DNA from: a virus
Taxonomy: Duplodnaviria > Caudoviricetes
Direction: 5' to 3' (one strand)
IMG/VR virus record: IMGVR_UViG_3300030052_000108
Span: 1 to 62,257 of that record
DNA length: 62,257 nucleotides
Shown here in pieces: positions 1 through 9,664 of the stretch. Each line of letters starts with the position of its first letter. Within the stretch, counting starts at the first letter, position 1. A model generated the notes under the pieces. That model did not search any database. It worked only from the letters and a program-made list of their open reading frames with translations, and had not been told where the DNA came from. Made by a program: the position numbers and the translations under genes.

Positions 1-1065
1 TCAACGAGTCGGCTTCACGATCTCGCCAACGCGCCTGTAGACCGTCTCCGTGATGCGCTTGTCCGTGTGACCCAGGAGGCGGCTGGCATCGCCCAGGTCG
101 AGGATCTCGCTGGCGGCTTTCGGTCGGATATCGCGGAATTGGAACTGACGAATGCTCGCCGCAAGAATCCCGTCTCCTTTCTCGCGGGCTGTCGCTATCG
201 CCCGGTCCCTGGCGTCGTCAAAGCGCAGCCGCAGCATCGGCTTGGTCACCTGCCGCCCATCCTCAGTGACAATCAGGTACGGGCTCCGCACGCCGCGGGA
301 ACGCCTCTGCTCTATCAACCGCTCCACCAGTGCGCCTAAGTCATTCAAAACTCCGGCGGCAGTCAGGCGGATTCGTAGCTTTTTGGAAGTCTTGCCCTGG
401 GCAACCTGCAGGAACTCGTTAACCGCGTCCGCTTCCCGCATCGAAAGTACGTCCGCCGGGCGCTGGCCAGTCAAATAAGCCAGGTCCATGGCGTCGCGCA
501 ACTCCGAGGTCGCGACCGCATACACGGCGCTCCAGATTTCCTCGGTTGCGTAAAAGTCCCGCGGCACTTCCTTGTTCTTTCGCACGCCGGCGGCCGGGTT
601 GCTCTCGGTGATCCCCCACTCGCGTGCGAAGTTATAGATGTGCGAAAGCAGGGAGATCTCCCGGTTGGCTCTCACCTTGGCGCTCCGTCTATCCCGGTAT
701 TGGGCTATGACCTGCGGCGTCACGGCATCAATAGGGGCGTCGGTGAACGCTTTGCGTAGTTGTTTCAGGCTAAGCAGGTTGTCGCTCTGCGTCTTTGGCG
801 CCTTTCCCGGGATGACCTCCCGCTCGTACCGATCAAACACCTGGCCCAGCAGGGCGTTCTTCTTCGGTACTGGCTTGCAGTCGAGCTTTGCCCATTCAGC
901 CTTGGCGATATCCAAGTCACCCCCGAGGGGGATTTCTACCCGCTTCCCGTCTTCGTTCCTCCCGTCGTAGTAGTACCCAACCCATTCTTTTCCGCCTTTC
1001 AGCGTGCGTACACGCCGAATCATTCTTGGCGGCAGGTCCCTATTTGCCGCCTTTTTGGCTCGCAT
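1..1065 (-). CDS. int: Phage integrase (tyrosine recombinase)
   Basis: TGQR, FRDIRPKAAS, LLGH and VYRR catalytic motifs; terminal position. Confidence 0.95.
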   Translation of the reverse strand: MRAKKAANRDLPPRMIRRVRTLKGGKEWVGYYYDGRNEDGKRVEIPLGGDLDIAKAEWAKLDCKPVPKKNALLGQVFDRYEREVIPGKAPKTQSDNLLSLKQLRKAFTDAPIDAVTPQVIAQYRDRRSAKVRANREISLLSHIYNFAREWGITESNPAAGVRKNKEVPRDFYATEEIWSAVYAVATSELRDAMDLAYLTGQRPADVLSMREADAVNEFLQVAQGKTSKKLRIRLTAAGVLNDLGALVERLIEQRRSRGVRSPYLIVTEDGRQVTKPMLRLRFDDARDRAIATAREKGDGILAASIRQFQFRDIRPKAASEILDLGDASRLLGHTDKRITETVYRRVGEIVKPTR

Positions 1066-1069
1066 CTCT

Positions 1070-1315
1070 TCATCCTACCTTTGACAAATCCAGCGACCAG
1101 GCCTCGGCCGCAACGTTTTCCGCAGAAGGCTTTAGGCCTGCCAGCTTCATTCGGGCGTAGACACGGCCGACCACTGGCCGGCGAGCCCTGGTCAGCACGT
1201 AATTCCAGCCGTTTCGGCTCAGCCACGCTATCTGGCCTGACGGAATCATGTATCCGGTGATCGCCGCCAGCTCTTCCTCGGCAAGCGTTTCGCTTTGCAT
1301 CTCCATGCTATGCAC
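1070..1315 (-). CDS. Excisionase-like protein (DUF4224-type)
   Basis: 81 aa directly upstream of int; ELAAITGY...QIAWL...G...RPVVGR pattern. Confidence 0.8.
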   Translation of the reverse strand: MHSMEMQSETLAEEELAAITGYMIPSGQIAWLSRNGWNYVLTRARRPVVGRVYARMKLAGLKPSAENVAAEAWSLDLSKVG

Positions 1316-1317
1316 CT

Positions 1318-1548
1318 CTATACGTCGGGTTTGTCGAGAGAGCCGGCGGGCCGCGCTGTCTTGATGATGTGGATGACCAGGCCGAAGGTGATCAGCATCC
1401 AGGCACAGGTGCCGGCGAATGCGCCGAGCAATGCCTCGGTGGTGCCGGTGCTGAGCAGGTCAGGCCCGAGCCAGGCGAGCCAGTAGCCGGTGCCAGACAG
1501 GTAAAGCAAAGCGCCCAGCAGGATCAGGGTGAGTTTCGTTGCGAACAT
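1318..1548 (-). CDS. Small two-TM membrane protein
   Basis: Two hydrophobic segments; GAGG RBS; in operon. Confidence 0.7.
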   Translation of the reverse strand: MFATKLTLILLGALLYLSGTGYWLAWLGPDLLSTGTTEALLGAFAGTCAWMLITFGLVIHIIKTARPAGSLDKPDV

Positions 1549-1584
1549 GGGGTGTCCTCGCCGCGCTGGGCGGCAGAAGGTGGG

Positions 1585-2205
1585 TTAGCGGGTGGCTTTG
1601 GCGATTACTGCCTCGGCGTGAGCAAGGGCTGCGTGGTACTTGTCGAGCCTGGCGGCGCCGAGTTTTGCCAGGCCGACCAAGTTGGATAGGCTTTCGAGCA
1701 GCTCTTCCTGCATTGCACGTTCCTCCCGGCCGATATCCCAGAAGCGCTGCCCCCAGTGATCTGCCGGCGGCGGATTGGTGTTCTGGGCGCCCATGGCCAA
1801 CGCCCCGCCAATCAAGTCGCACAGATCGCGCTTGTAGGCGTTGTCGCCGTCTATACTGGCTCCCATCCGGCGCAGGTTGTTCAGCGTCGCGTCGAAGTCT
1901 TCGCGGGTGAACTCGATGACGTTCTTGCTCAGTGCTGTGATCTCGGCCTTCGCCGCATTCAGTCGATCCAAGTCAGCCTGCCAGCCGTTGCGCAGGTAGT
2001 TAGCGTCTTCCGCATTCTGTTCGGCCAGAGTTTTCCAGTGATCGACCGGAGACCATGGGCTGACGATCACAATGCACTTCGCCATCGGCACCAGTTCGTT
2101 CTGCTTGGCAGCCAGCGTGTCGGCTTCCTCTTTGCTGGCGGCCGCGTACAGATCGTCGGGGCCCTGGGCGTGGACGACATACAGCACTTCAGTTTCTTCG
2201 GGCAT
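1585..2205 (-). CDS. Hypothetical phage early protein
   Basis: ORF in operon orientation; start set at MPEET after GAGG RBS. Confidence 0.7.
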   Translation of the reverse strand: MPEETEVLYVVHAQGPDDLYAAASKEEADTLAAKQNELVPMAKCIVIVSPWSPVDHWKTLAEQNAEDANYLRNGWQADLDRLNAAKAEITALSKNVIEFTREDFDATLNNLRRMGASIDGDNAYKRDLCDLIGGALAMGAQNTNPPPADHWGQRFWDIGREERAMQEELLESLSNLVGLAKLGAARLDKYHAALAHAEAVIAKATR

Positions 2206-2278
2206 AGGAATACCTCGCCCGCCGCTCACCGGCAGGCACTTATGGTTTAATGAGATGAATTCTTAAAGGTGGCGCGAA

Positions 2279-2422
2279 ATGGATAAGGCGTTTAGAAACC
2301 CGCTGTTTTTGACTGGACTCCCATTGGCAATCTGCGGTCTCGCGATAACTGCGCCGGCCTTGTGGATCCCCGGCCTGGTTCTTATGGTTTGCGGGTGGGC
2401 GAAGGGCAAGAAGCAGTCCTGA
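2279..2422 (+). CDS. 47-aa hydrophobic moron peptide (MDKAFRNPLFLTG...)
   Basis: Hand-translated ORF below the track cut-off; AAGGTGG RBS; flanked by 14-bp direct repeats. Confidence 0.55.
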   Translation: MDKAFRNPLFLTGLPLAICGLAITAPALWIPGLVLMVCGWAKGKKQS

Positions 2423-2485
2423 TTCTCACCGGCAGGCATGTAGGGGGATTGAGGTTAGAGGGGAGGGGATGAACTAGTTGGACTT

Positions 2486-2719
2486 ATGAAGTGTGGGTAT
2501 CATGGCCCCCACTTACATCCAGCTTTCGAAAACGGAATTCGAGAAATCACCATGAAAGGCTCTGTATTTTTTGGTTACGGCGTTGCCATTGTCTTTGGGG
2601 TCATCGCCATTGCATTGCATAGCGCGGGCAAAATTGGCGTATGGCCAATGTATTCGTTAAGTTTGGGGCCGATACTGCTCGCTCTGTGGTTCGACACCAG
2701 GAGCCCAAAGACTTCCTGA
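2486..2719 (+). CDS. Small membrane protein (start may be MKGSV at 2552)
   Basis: Two hydrophobic helices; opposite strand to the operon. Confidence 0.5.
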   Translation: MKCGYHGPHLHPAFENGIREITMKGSVFFGYGVAIVFGVIAIALHSAGKIGVWPMYSLSLGPILLALWFDTRSPKTS

Positions 2720-2770
2720 ATCACCTCGGCCCCTTGTAGATGAAGACGTAGGCGGACCAGAGGGTGGCGA

Positions 2771-3172
2771 TCATGGCGTCACCTCCTTGATCTGTCCGTC
2801 GACCCATTTGCGCATCCGCTGCCAACGCTGTTCCGGAGTTTCGTTCCAGCCGCACTCGTCGTTCTCGAATACGACTTCCGCCGCCATGGCTGGCGCTATC
2901 CCGAAGGCCCCCGACACCGTCTCACGGCAATGCGCATCGATGGTGCTCATGTCGATGCCGCGTTTTGCACCGAGAACACCGAGCGTGCAGAACTGGCCGT
3001 CGGCTTCGAGCGTGTCTGCCACCAGCCGCTTTTCGGGCATCGCGTCCAGCGCATCGCGCAACTCGACCAGAAAAGCCTGGCCGCGCTTTCCCCTCAGCGC
3101 CGAATTCACGGCACCCCTCCAGCAGATCAGATCCCACCCGCCGCAATCATCGCTGTATCCGCTGCGGCTCAT
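2771..3172 (-). CDS. Conserved hypothetical phage protein
   Basis: Start MSRSGYSDD after GGAGG RBS; overlaps stop of upstream gene. Confidence 0.75.
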   Translation of the reverse strand: MSRSGYSDDCGGWDLICWRGAVNSALRGKRGQAFLVELRDALDAMPEKRLVADTLEADGQFCTLGVLGAKRGIDMSTIDAHCRETVSGAFGIAPAMAAEVVFENDECGWNETPEQRWQRMRKWVDGQIKEVTP

Positions 3173-3495
3173 GGCGTCACCTCCCGGCGCGCCCACCAGC
3201 AGACCGGGCCATCGTCAGTGTCACCAATCGAAAGGCAGAACCAGCCGTCACCATCGGGCTTTGCCGGTTCCCAGTAACTGCAATCAGGGTCGCCCGATTC
3301 AAAATACCGATCAGCGATCGCCTCTTCGGCGTACTCGATACTCGCAGTCTTCACGACTAGACCCTGATCAGCGATCCACTGCTTGCTCTTTTCTCCGTCT
3401 CCCTCTTCGAACGATGGCAGATCGGGGTGCCAGAACATGCCCTCGGCATCGCGAACGACTGGGGCTGGCTGGATCAATACGATTTCTTCAGGCAT
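3169..3495 (-). CDS. Conserved hypothetical phage protein
   Basis: VVRD..G.FWHP and WFCLSI.DTDDGP motifs typical of prophage early genes. Confidence 0.75.
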   Translation of the reverse strand: MPEEIVLIQPAPVVRDAEGMFWHPDLPSFEEGDGEKSKQWIADQGLVVKTASIEYAEEAIADRYFESGDPDCSYWEPAKPDGDGWFCLSIGDTDDGPVCWWARREVTP

Positions 3496-3658
3496 GACTT
3501 CGTCCTTGCCGCTATAGCGGCTGACTTTGAAGGGGGGGAGTAATGGGCGGTAGGTGCGTATTTCGCTTCAGCCGCCCAATTGGTGTTTAATTGTGCTGTT
3601 TTTTTCGGCCTAACTGACCGCGCCCCAATTAGTCCGAGCACTGAGGCAGGAATCTAGA

Positions 3659-3847
3659 ATGCGTACATGCAATATATGCAAGCGACCTCTCGATACTTCT
3701 CCAGAGCGCCAGGACTGTGGGGGCGATTGTCTTGAGTGCATGGCTGAATGCGGAGATCCTGACGCACAGCTGGCAATGCAACAGATTCTCCTGGCGCGCA
3801 GTCGTGTATCCAGTTCAGGCAAAGACGATGACAAATGCCGGGATTAG
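3659..3847 (+). CDS. Small Cys-rich (zinc-finger-like) moron protein
   Basis: CxxC...DCGGDCxxC...C; GAGG/AGGA RBS; flanked by 16-bp direct repeats. Confidence 0.65.
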   Translation: MRTCNICKRPLDTSPERQDCGGDCLECMAECGDPDAQLAMQQILLARSRVSSSGKDDDKCRD

Positions 3848-4120
3848 CGGCTGACTTTGACGGTGGAGGGGATTTATTTGAAATCGACCCTAGACGAGAT
3901 CGATAGCTGTGCTAGAAATGACATGTCGCGCATGCATTTCAGATATGTGTTGTTGAAGTGGTTATCCGGCTGGCGCTCTATCAAGTCATTGGAGCGCGCC
4001 CTTTAGGCTGTGGGCAGTGATTTAGTGGATCGAAGTAGTTAGCTGCGAGTTAAACAACTCCCTTCCTCTGGGCTAGTAACTCAATGCATTGATCCACTGA
4101 TCACATCCTCGCCCAGTCGC

Positions 4121-4801
4121 TCATACAGCCTCCCTCGTTACCAGATCATGGGCATTAACAACCGTCATGCCGGCCTGCTGTTCCTGGCGCAGCGCATGCT
4201 GTACTGCCTCGACAACCCGCCGCAGGTACGTGAACTTGTGGTTTTCTTCGACAGCCTTGCCGTCGAGCGGGTAGTGCCATTCCTTACCGAACAGCTCGGT
4301 CAACAATCTGCTCTGGTGCCAGCATTCGTTCGGGCTCTCGATACTGCGCAATGAGTCGATGTCGCGCCAAAGCTCGCGCGCCTCATCCTTGCTTAATTCG
4401 CCCAGCTCCCATTCGTGGCGCCCGGTCTGTTGCCGGCGGCGCTGGACGATGCACTTCTTGGCCAGGGTGTGCAGCGCCTCTCCACTGAACACTGTCGAGC
4501 TGATTCCGCGATCCAGGCAATTCAGGATGTAGTCCCCGCCGCAGTCGGCGACGAACTCGGCGACGGTGCGCGGACCCATACCGCCCCAGTACGCATTCCA
4601 ACTGTTGTCCCAGCAGTTGATGGTGATCTTGCCCTGGGCCGTCTGGTAGTTCGGATCGGATTCGGTCGGGCAGTCGCGCCGGCCGAAGTCCTCGAGGAAG
4701 ACGGTGATTGGGTCGAGCCGTGGCGCGCCGGTGATGACCAGCTTCGTGACTGTCGAGCGTTCGACCATGAGTGGTGCGGCGATTTTGTTTTCTGTAGGCA
4801 T
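4121..4801 (-). CDS. Hypothetical phage early protein
   Basis: LDPITVFLED...GKITINC...YWGGMG motif; in operon. Confidence 0.75.
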   Translation of the reverse strand: MPTENKIAAPLMVERSTVTKLVITGAPRLDPITVFLEDFGRRDCPTESDPNYQTAQGKITINCWDNSWNAYWGGMGPRTVAEFVADCGGDYILNCLDRGISSTVFSGEALHTLAKKCIVQRRRQQTGRHEWELGELSKDEARELWRDIDSLRSIESPNECWHQSRLLTELFGKEWHYPLDGKAVEENHKFTYLRRVVEAVQHALRQEQQAGMTVVNAHDLVTREAV

Positions 4802-5248
4802 GGGGAGTCCTTTCCGGGCCATGCCCGGGCGGTGGAGTGGGGGAGTTGTAGAAAGCGCAGCAACAAGTGGTCGGTATACAACGTGCTAGGAACCGAGCGG
4901 ATCATAGGCAGCGTCCCAATTAAAAGGCGCTCACATGAACCGACTGCTCGCAGACCTCTTGCTTCAAATCATCGGCAACCTGTTGCTCGATGCTCTTCAA
5001 CATTTCCTGGCTTGGCTTTTGTCGCTGCCTTGGCAATCGCGCTGCGGTTGTTAGGCCGCTTCTGCCTGCCTCTCAGCCACTCGCCACGGGTCGTTGGACC
5101 TGGCCAGCTCGGCCATCGGCGGCGGGCTGACGCTGGTGTTGTATATGAGCATCTGCTGCATTTAACAATGGCGCAGGCGATGACTCAGGTCCGATAAATT
5201 GGTTCGGCTCTAGTGTTAAGATGAAAAAATAATCGTCGAGATCTGTTC

Positions 5249-6769
5249 ATGGAAGAGTCGGGCGCAGTACTGGTGGGGCGATCGCGGATGGTCTCAGAGA
5301 ATGTTTATTTCTTGAATCAGAAGGGAGATCGAATTTCCCCCATCTTTCAAACCGATGAAGATACTGGGGAACGCTCCTACCGGATTTACGTTGATGGGGG
5401 GAATGAGAAAAAAACAGATATCGATGTAACCTCTGAGCAGGAATTGATAAAGCATGCCCAGCGAGGTCATTCTATTCGTTGCCTCCTACCGGACGGTAAG
5501 GCCAGTAATCGCTCGCTTACTTCATCAGACGTGGTTGGTTTGATTGTTCCGACCAAGCTTCAGGAGAAGAAATTCTGGTGGGTAAACCACAAAAAAACCC
5601 ATCTGGATGAGTACGCCGGAGGATACATATGGTCCCCAAAAGAAAAGCGTAATGGTGCGGCCAACCAGACGTATCTGAACCTCACTCTCGTGAGTCCAGG
5701 TGATGTGGTTATTTCGTATGCAGATGGGCTTATAAAGGCAATAGGAGTTGCGTCGGATACGCACCACGAAGAGCCTATCCCCAAAAGTCATTGGCAAGCT
5801 GCTGAATACTGGCAAGCCCTTGGCTGGATGGTGCCCATCACGTGGGCCAGGCTGGATTATCCAATTTCTCCGAAATCACACTTACAAGCTTTATCGAAAT
5901 TACTGCCAGAGAAGCATTCCCCATTACAGAAAAATGGCGATGGAAATCAGGGTTGCTACCTCGCAAGTATTTCTCCGGCGTTAGGTGGAGTTATTCTCGA
6001 TCTAGTAGCGGAACGCGATTTGAAAACGTTGACAACGATGCAGATTACAGCTTCCTCAGACGGGATAGCGATAGAGAAAGACTCCAGCCGTTTACCTGCG
6101 GAGCAACTGCGCAAAGTTACCCCGGAATACGTTTGGGAGGCTGTGCAGAGTTTGCTTCAGGGCGCTCCCTCTGAGGGGTTTGGACCGTCAATTGATTACG
6201 ACTTGTTGGTCGACGACGGTGTGCGCTTAGCACCGAAACAAGTGTTTGGCCTTGCAGCAACAGCCGCACTGGGAAAGGACATTAAGCCGGTCCACTTCAC
6301 TGGTGGCTTGGGTACCGTCTGCTTTGAACTGCTGGAGGCAGCAGGTTACAAGATTATTCCAAAAGATGAGCAGGTTGAGTTGCTCGAAATACCCACTGAT
6401 ACTGAGGTGAGAGAGTGGGCAGAGGGCCTGGCCAAACTGGTGTATCACCTGAAACGCGAACGCTCACCAGGTCTATCTAAAGCCAAGAAGGCTTCATTCA
6501 TCAAAAAACATGGTCGGCTTTTCTGCGAAGAGTGCGGCACAGATCCTATAGAAGTCTATGGAGATTTTGGTGAGGCCTGTATCGACGTCCATCATGATGC
6601 CATCCAGGTAGCGGATATGAGTGGCGAGCACAGAACGACTCTCGACCAGCTGAAATGCCTGTGTGCAAACTGTCACCGCATAGTGCATCGAAAGCTGAAG
6701 TTGCAACTACTTAACTCTGCTGTGGATAGCCAAGTTCAAAGCGTCCCTGTATCGGAAGCAATGTCATGA
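5249..6769 (+). CDS. Multidomain HNH endonuclease, candidate modification-dependent (type IV) restriction enzyme
   Basis: EVE/PUA-like segment (WWVNH...YIWSP...PGDVVISY...IKAIG), ScoMcrA-N-like segment (YDLL...APKQVFGLA...FTGG), McrA-type HNH (RERS...CxxC...VHH...LCANCHRIVH); start may be 5288. Confidence 0.8.
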   Translation: MEESGAVLVGRSRMVSENVYFLNQKGDRISPIFQTDEDTGERSYRIYVDGGNEKKTDIDVTSEQELIKHAQRGHSIRCLLPDGKASNRSLTSSDVVGLIVPTKLQEKKFWWVNHKKTHLDEYAGGYIWSPKEKRNGAANQTYLNLTLVSPGDVVISYADGLIKAIGVASDTHHEEPIPKSHWQAAEYWQALGWMVPITWARLDYPISPKSHLQALSKLLPEKHSPLQKNGDGNQGCYLASISPALGGVILDLVAERDLKTLTTMQITASSDGIAIEKDSSRLPAEQLRKVTPEYVWEAVQSLLQGAPSEGFGPSIDYDLLVDDGVRLAPKQVFGLAATAALGKDIKPVHFTGGLGTVCFELLEAAGYKIIPKDEQVELLEIPTDTEVREWAEGLAKLVYHLKRERSPGLSKAKKASFIKKHGRLFCEECGTDPIEVYGDFGEACIDVHHDAIQVADMSGEHRTTLDQLKCLCANCHRIVHRKLKLQLLNSAVDSQVQSVPVSEAMS

Positions 6770-7527
6770 TATTCGGCTTCCGCCATCTCGCAAAAGAATG
6801 AACAGGACGGAATTTTCTCGTTTCGTCGCATTGGACCCTCGCCAAGGTCCCTTAAGGGAAACCGCACGTTGGTGGTGCGATTGCGAAACAGGTATGACCC
6901 CTCGCCGAGGTCGTCCTGGATCAAGCACAGCTGCTCAAATTGGTCTGGGAAGTCTTCGCGGATCGCTCTGAAATAGCCTTCACCACCCTTAACGCAGCCG
7001 ATGCAGTTGGCGTTGTCATATCCCAGGCGGTACATCAGTGGCAGCTCTATACCGGCGCGTTCCACCAGGGCCTTGCAGTCTTCCTTGCCTAGGCCGCGCT
7101 CGATTAGCGGAGCGATTACAGGTCGGTTAGGGTTGCGCTCTCTGAAGTCGTCGAGCCGATCGACTTCTTCCGCTGTGTAACCGAACACCATCACGTCGCT
7201 CTGCTGCTTCCATGCATCGAGTAGGCGGCGCTTCAGTAGCTTGGTGCAGGGCGCGCCATTGCGGCCTTTCATGAAGCGCTCGCGCCGGAAAACCTGAATG
7301 ATGTCAGCGCCGTACTTCTCGTCGCGAAGTAGCACGATCTCTTGCCCGAACCACTCCTGACAGTCCAGCAGGAAGCGACGGTTGTCTTCATGCTCGTTGG
7401 CCAGAAACGCATTGATGATCTGCACATCGTGTGTTGCGCCGTACTGAACCAGTGCGAGCTTTGTGGCAACCGCCGAGGCAGCGCCGCAGCTGAACTGACA
7501 AACGATTCGTGGTCGTTGTGCGGACAT
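6736..7527 (-). CDS. PAPS-reductase-like / adenine nucleotide alpha-hydrolase family protein
   Basis: PP-loop-like FSCGAAS, HEDNRRF, PLI, MYRLGYDNANCIGCVKGG, terminal CxxxC. Confidence 0.8.
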   Translation of the reverse strand: MSAQRPRIVCQFSCGAASAVATKLALVQYGATHDVQIINAFLANEHEDNRRFLLDCQEWFGQEIVLLRDEKYGADIIQVFRRERFMKGRNGAPCTKLLKRRLLDAWKQQSDVMVFGYTAEEVDRLDDFRERNPNRPVIAPLIERGLGKEDCKALVERAGIELPLMYRLGYDNANCIGCVKGGEGYFRAIREDFPDQFEQLCLIQDDLGEGSYLFRNRTTNVRFPLRDLGEGPMRRNEKIPSCSFFCEMAEAEYHDIASDTGTL

Positions 7528-7574
7528 AGGTAATCCTCGCCGGTATAGTTCCGGGATCTACAGGGGAGTGGGTT

Positions 7575-8057
7575 ATGAGCTGGGAAGTTGTTTCTTGCTG
7601 GATCGAAGGGCATCCAGGCTTGGCGTCATGGGTTCAGGCGTTTGGCTCAATTTCCGCTCTTGGAATTGCTATCTGGATTGCATCGTCACAGCGGCACGCT
7701 CAGCTGAAAGCTGACAAAGAAAAGTCCAGGTTGATTGTTAGTCTGGTAGTTACGCTGGCTGGGCGCGCTGCGCGCGCTGTGGTTTTCGAAAGCAAAGACG
7801 TAAGCAGTATTCGAGCGAATCTCAATCTGATCACAGGGTTGTGTCATACCCTAGATGCGGTTGATCTGATGCAGTTGCCTCGGGCCGAACTGATCGAACC
7901 GATATGTACTTTGCGAGATTCGCTAAGGGCGTTGGAGGCCGGGATGAGCGACGCTGACAAGCAACAATGCCTTCCGACTTGGCTGACGCTTCCGGAAGCC
8001 ACGTTATGGGTCGCGCTTGTAGTCTCATCTTCTAAGCAGATATCTAAGCTCGGTTGA
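7575..8057 (+). CDS. Moron protein with N-terminal TM helix
   Basis: LASWVQAFGSISALGIAIWI anchor; GGGGAG RBS. Confidence 0.7.
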   Translation: MSWEVVSCWIEGHPGLASWVQAFGSISALGIAIWIASSQRHAQLKADKEKSRLIVSLVVTLAGRAARAVVFESKDVSSIRANLNLITGLCHTLDAVDLMQLPRAELIEPICTLRDSLRALEAGMSDADKQQCLPTWLTLPEATLWVALVVSSSKQISKLG

Positions 8058-8153
8058 GTTTTGGTTTGCGAGGCATGCCTGCCTCGCCGGCTGGCGTGAC
8101 GTTGATTTGTGGGTTATTGGTGTTTGTCTAGCTCATCCAGGCAGGAGGCCTAC

Positions 8154-8339
8154 ATGAGACTGCAAAGCGATATCGATGCACTCGCAGCAATCGAGGAAGA
8201 CGCTCAAATGATGCTCAGGTGGATTGGTCTTCCAGACGACAGGCAGAAACTAGAGATCGTAATTTGCTTGCGGCAGATAATTGATCTGGCGACTTATAGG
8301 AAGAAGATCAGCGAGTATTCGGAGCCATTGGCGCGATAG
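8154..8339 (+). CDS. Small hypothetical moron protein
   Basis: AGGAGG RBS before MRLQSD. Confidence 0.65.
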   Translation: MRLQSDIDALAAIEEDAQMMLRWIGLPDDRQKLEIVICLRQIIDLATYRKKISEYSEPLAR

Positions 8340-8406
8340 TGCGCGGCTGGAGTGATTCGTTAAAGTGGGTGATATGCTTTGCTGCTTATCAAACAAGGAG
8401 GTGGTA

Positions 8407-8601
8407 ATGGCGGGTAAAAAGCTTGAAGCGTTCCGCGAGTGGTTCACGCCGCGTAAGAGGCTATGGACAGGGATAGGCCTGTTTGCAATTGCTATTGCCG
8501 TACCAATTGTCAGTCCGGGAACGACCGCCGCGTGGCTCATAGGGCCTGCGACTGTCTTTTTCTTGGGTAGCTTTATTCCCGATACGAACGGAAGGCGATA
8601 G
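8407..8601 (+). CDS. Small two-TM moron protein
   Basis: AAGGAGG RBS; two hydrophobic helices. Confidence 0.7.
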   Translation: MAGKKLEAFREWFTPRKRLWTGIGLFAIAIAVPIVSPGTTAAWLIGPATVFFLGSFIPDTNGRR

Positions 8602-8664
8602 GGCGCTGGCGGCTGGCATGATTCGTTGATATGGGGTATTACGGGTGACCGGCATGGAGCCGGA

Positions 8665-9297
8665 TCAAGGCGTGTTGCTTGTTCCGCAGTTCCGGCAGTC
8701 TTCACGATAGCGCTGCGCGCCACTGATGAACCGGCCGCAGCCATCGCAATTGAACATCATCATTCGCGGCTTTTGCGGCTTGGCCAGCTTTATGCTGGTG
8801 CCGCGCAAGGCCTCCTTGATGTTCACGTCGTCGCGCTCAACCAGCCGGCGGGAGTGGGCGTCGATGTAGGGCTTGGGCCAGACCACCGCGCCTGATTGAC
8901 CGAGCTTACCGATCCAGGTCACGGTGTGAGCCCTCGGCACCACCACAGCCTTGGAAAGGTCGCTTGTGAACACGCCATCTTTGCAAAGCCAAATCAAGTT
9001 GTTTCCGTTCCAGCACTGCGGCTTTTGGATGTAGAACTCGGCTGCGTCTGGGTGCTGGTCAAGCGCTTCGCTCAACGTCACATACTGGCAGTCAACACCG
9101 ATGCGCGCCCGAGCATCGACGTAGGCCTTGGGCCACGGAATGTCAGTGTCTCGGTGATCGCAAGCGCCGTCACGGGTGAACACCTGGGCCTTGGCCAAGT
9201 CGGTGACGTACCCGGAGCCACCAAAGCCCCAGAACGACAACCCGTTGCCGACGTAGGCATGACTGCGGCTGTCTTGTAGGTAGAACTGTTCGTCCAT
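8665..9297 (-). CDS. Hypothetical protein with internal domain duplication and C-terminal zinc ribbon
   Basis: Two FY.Q...GN.L...DL.KA....WPK.Y.DA units; CxxC...CxxC. Confidence 0.75.
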   Translation of the reverse strand: MDEQFYLQDSRSHAYVGNGLSFWGFGGSGYVTDLAKAQVFTRDGACDHRDTDIPWPKAYVDARARIGVDCQYVTLSEALDQHPDAAEFYIQKPQCWNGNNLIWLCKDGVFTSDLSKAVVVPRAHTVTWIGKLGQSGAVVWPKPYIDAHSRRLVERDDVNIKEALRGTSIKLAKPQKPRMMMFNCDGCGRFISGAQRYREDCRNCGTSNTP

Positions 9298-9403
9298 GGA
9301 TTATCTCCAGTCAGGCGCCGCCCTCCGGAACCGGTGGTGGCAATTTAGGTGGGGTTGGAGTACTACGGATGACCGGAATAAATCTGGATCAAGAGTGAAG
9401 GCT

Positions 9404-9664
9404 ATGAACGAAGCATTATTCGACTTAAAGGACCCAAGGAACGTTATCTACAAATATGGAGAGTTCGACGTTCTAATCATGTTTGCATGGGAAGAACGAT
9501 CAAAAAAACCTAGCGCCGCGCGGTTAAACGTTACAAGGAAAGAACCATTCGCCTATGCACAGATGGATCAGATATGTGACGACTGGGCCGATATTGAAGA
9601 TGTAGCCGGCCGCTTAAAGAGCGCCGCGAAATTTATAGCCGATGGCATGACCACAGGGAAATGA
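9404..9664 (+). CDS. Hypothetical moron protein
   Basis: AT-richer ORF opposite to operon. Confidence 0.55.
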   Translation: MNEALFDLKDPRNVIYKYGEFDVLIMFAWEERSKKPSAARLNVTRKEPFAYAQMDQICDDWADIEDVAGRLKSAAKFIADGMTTGK

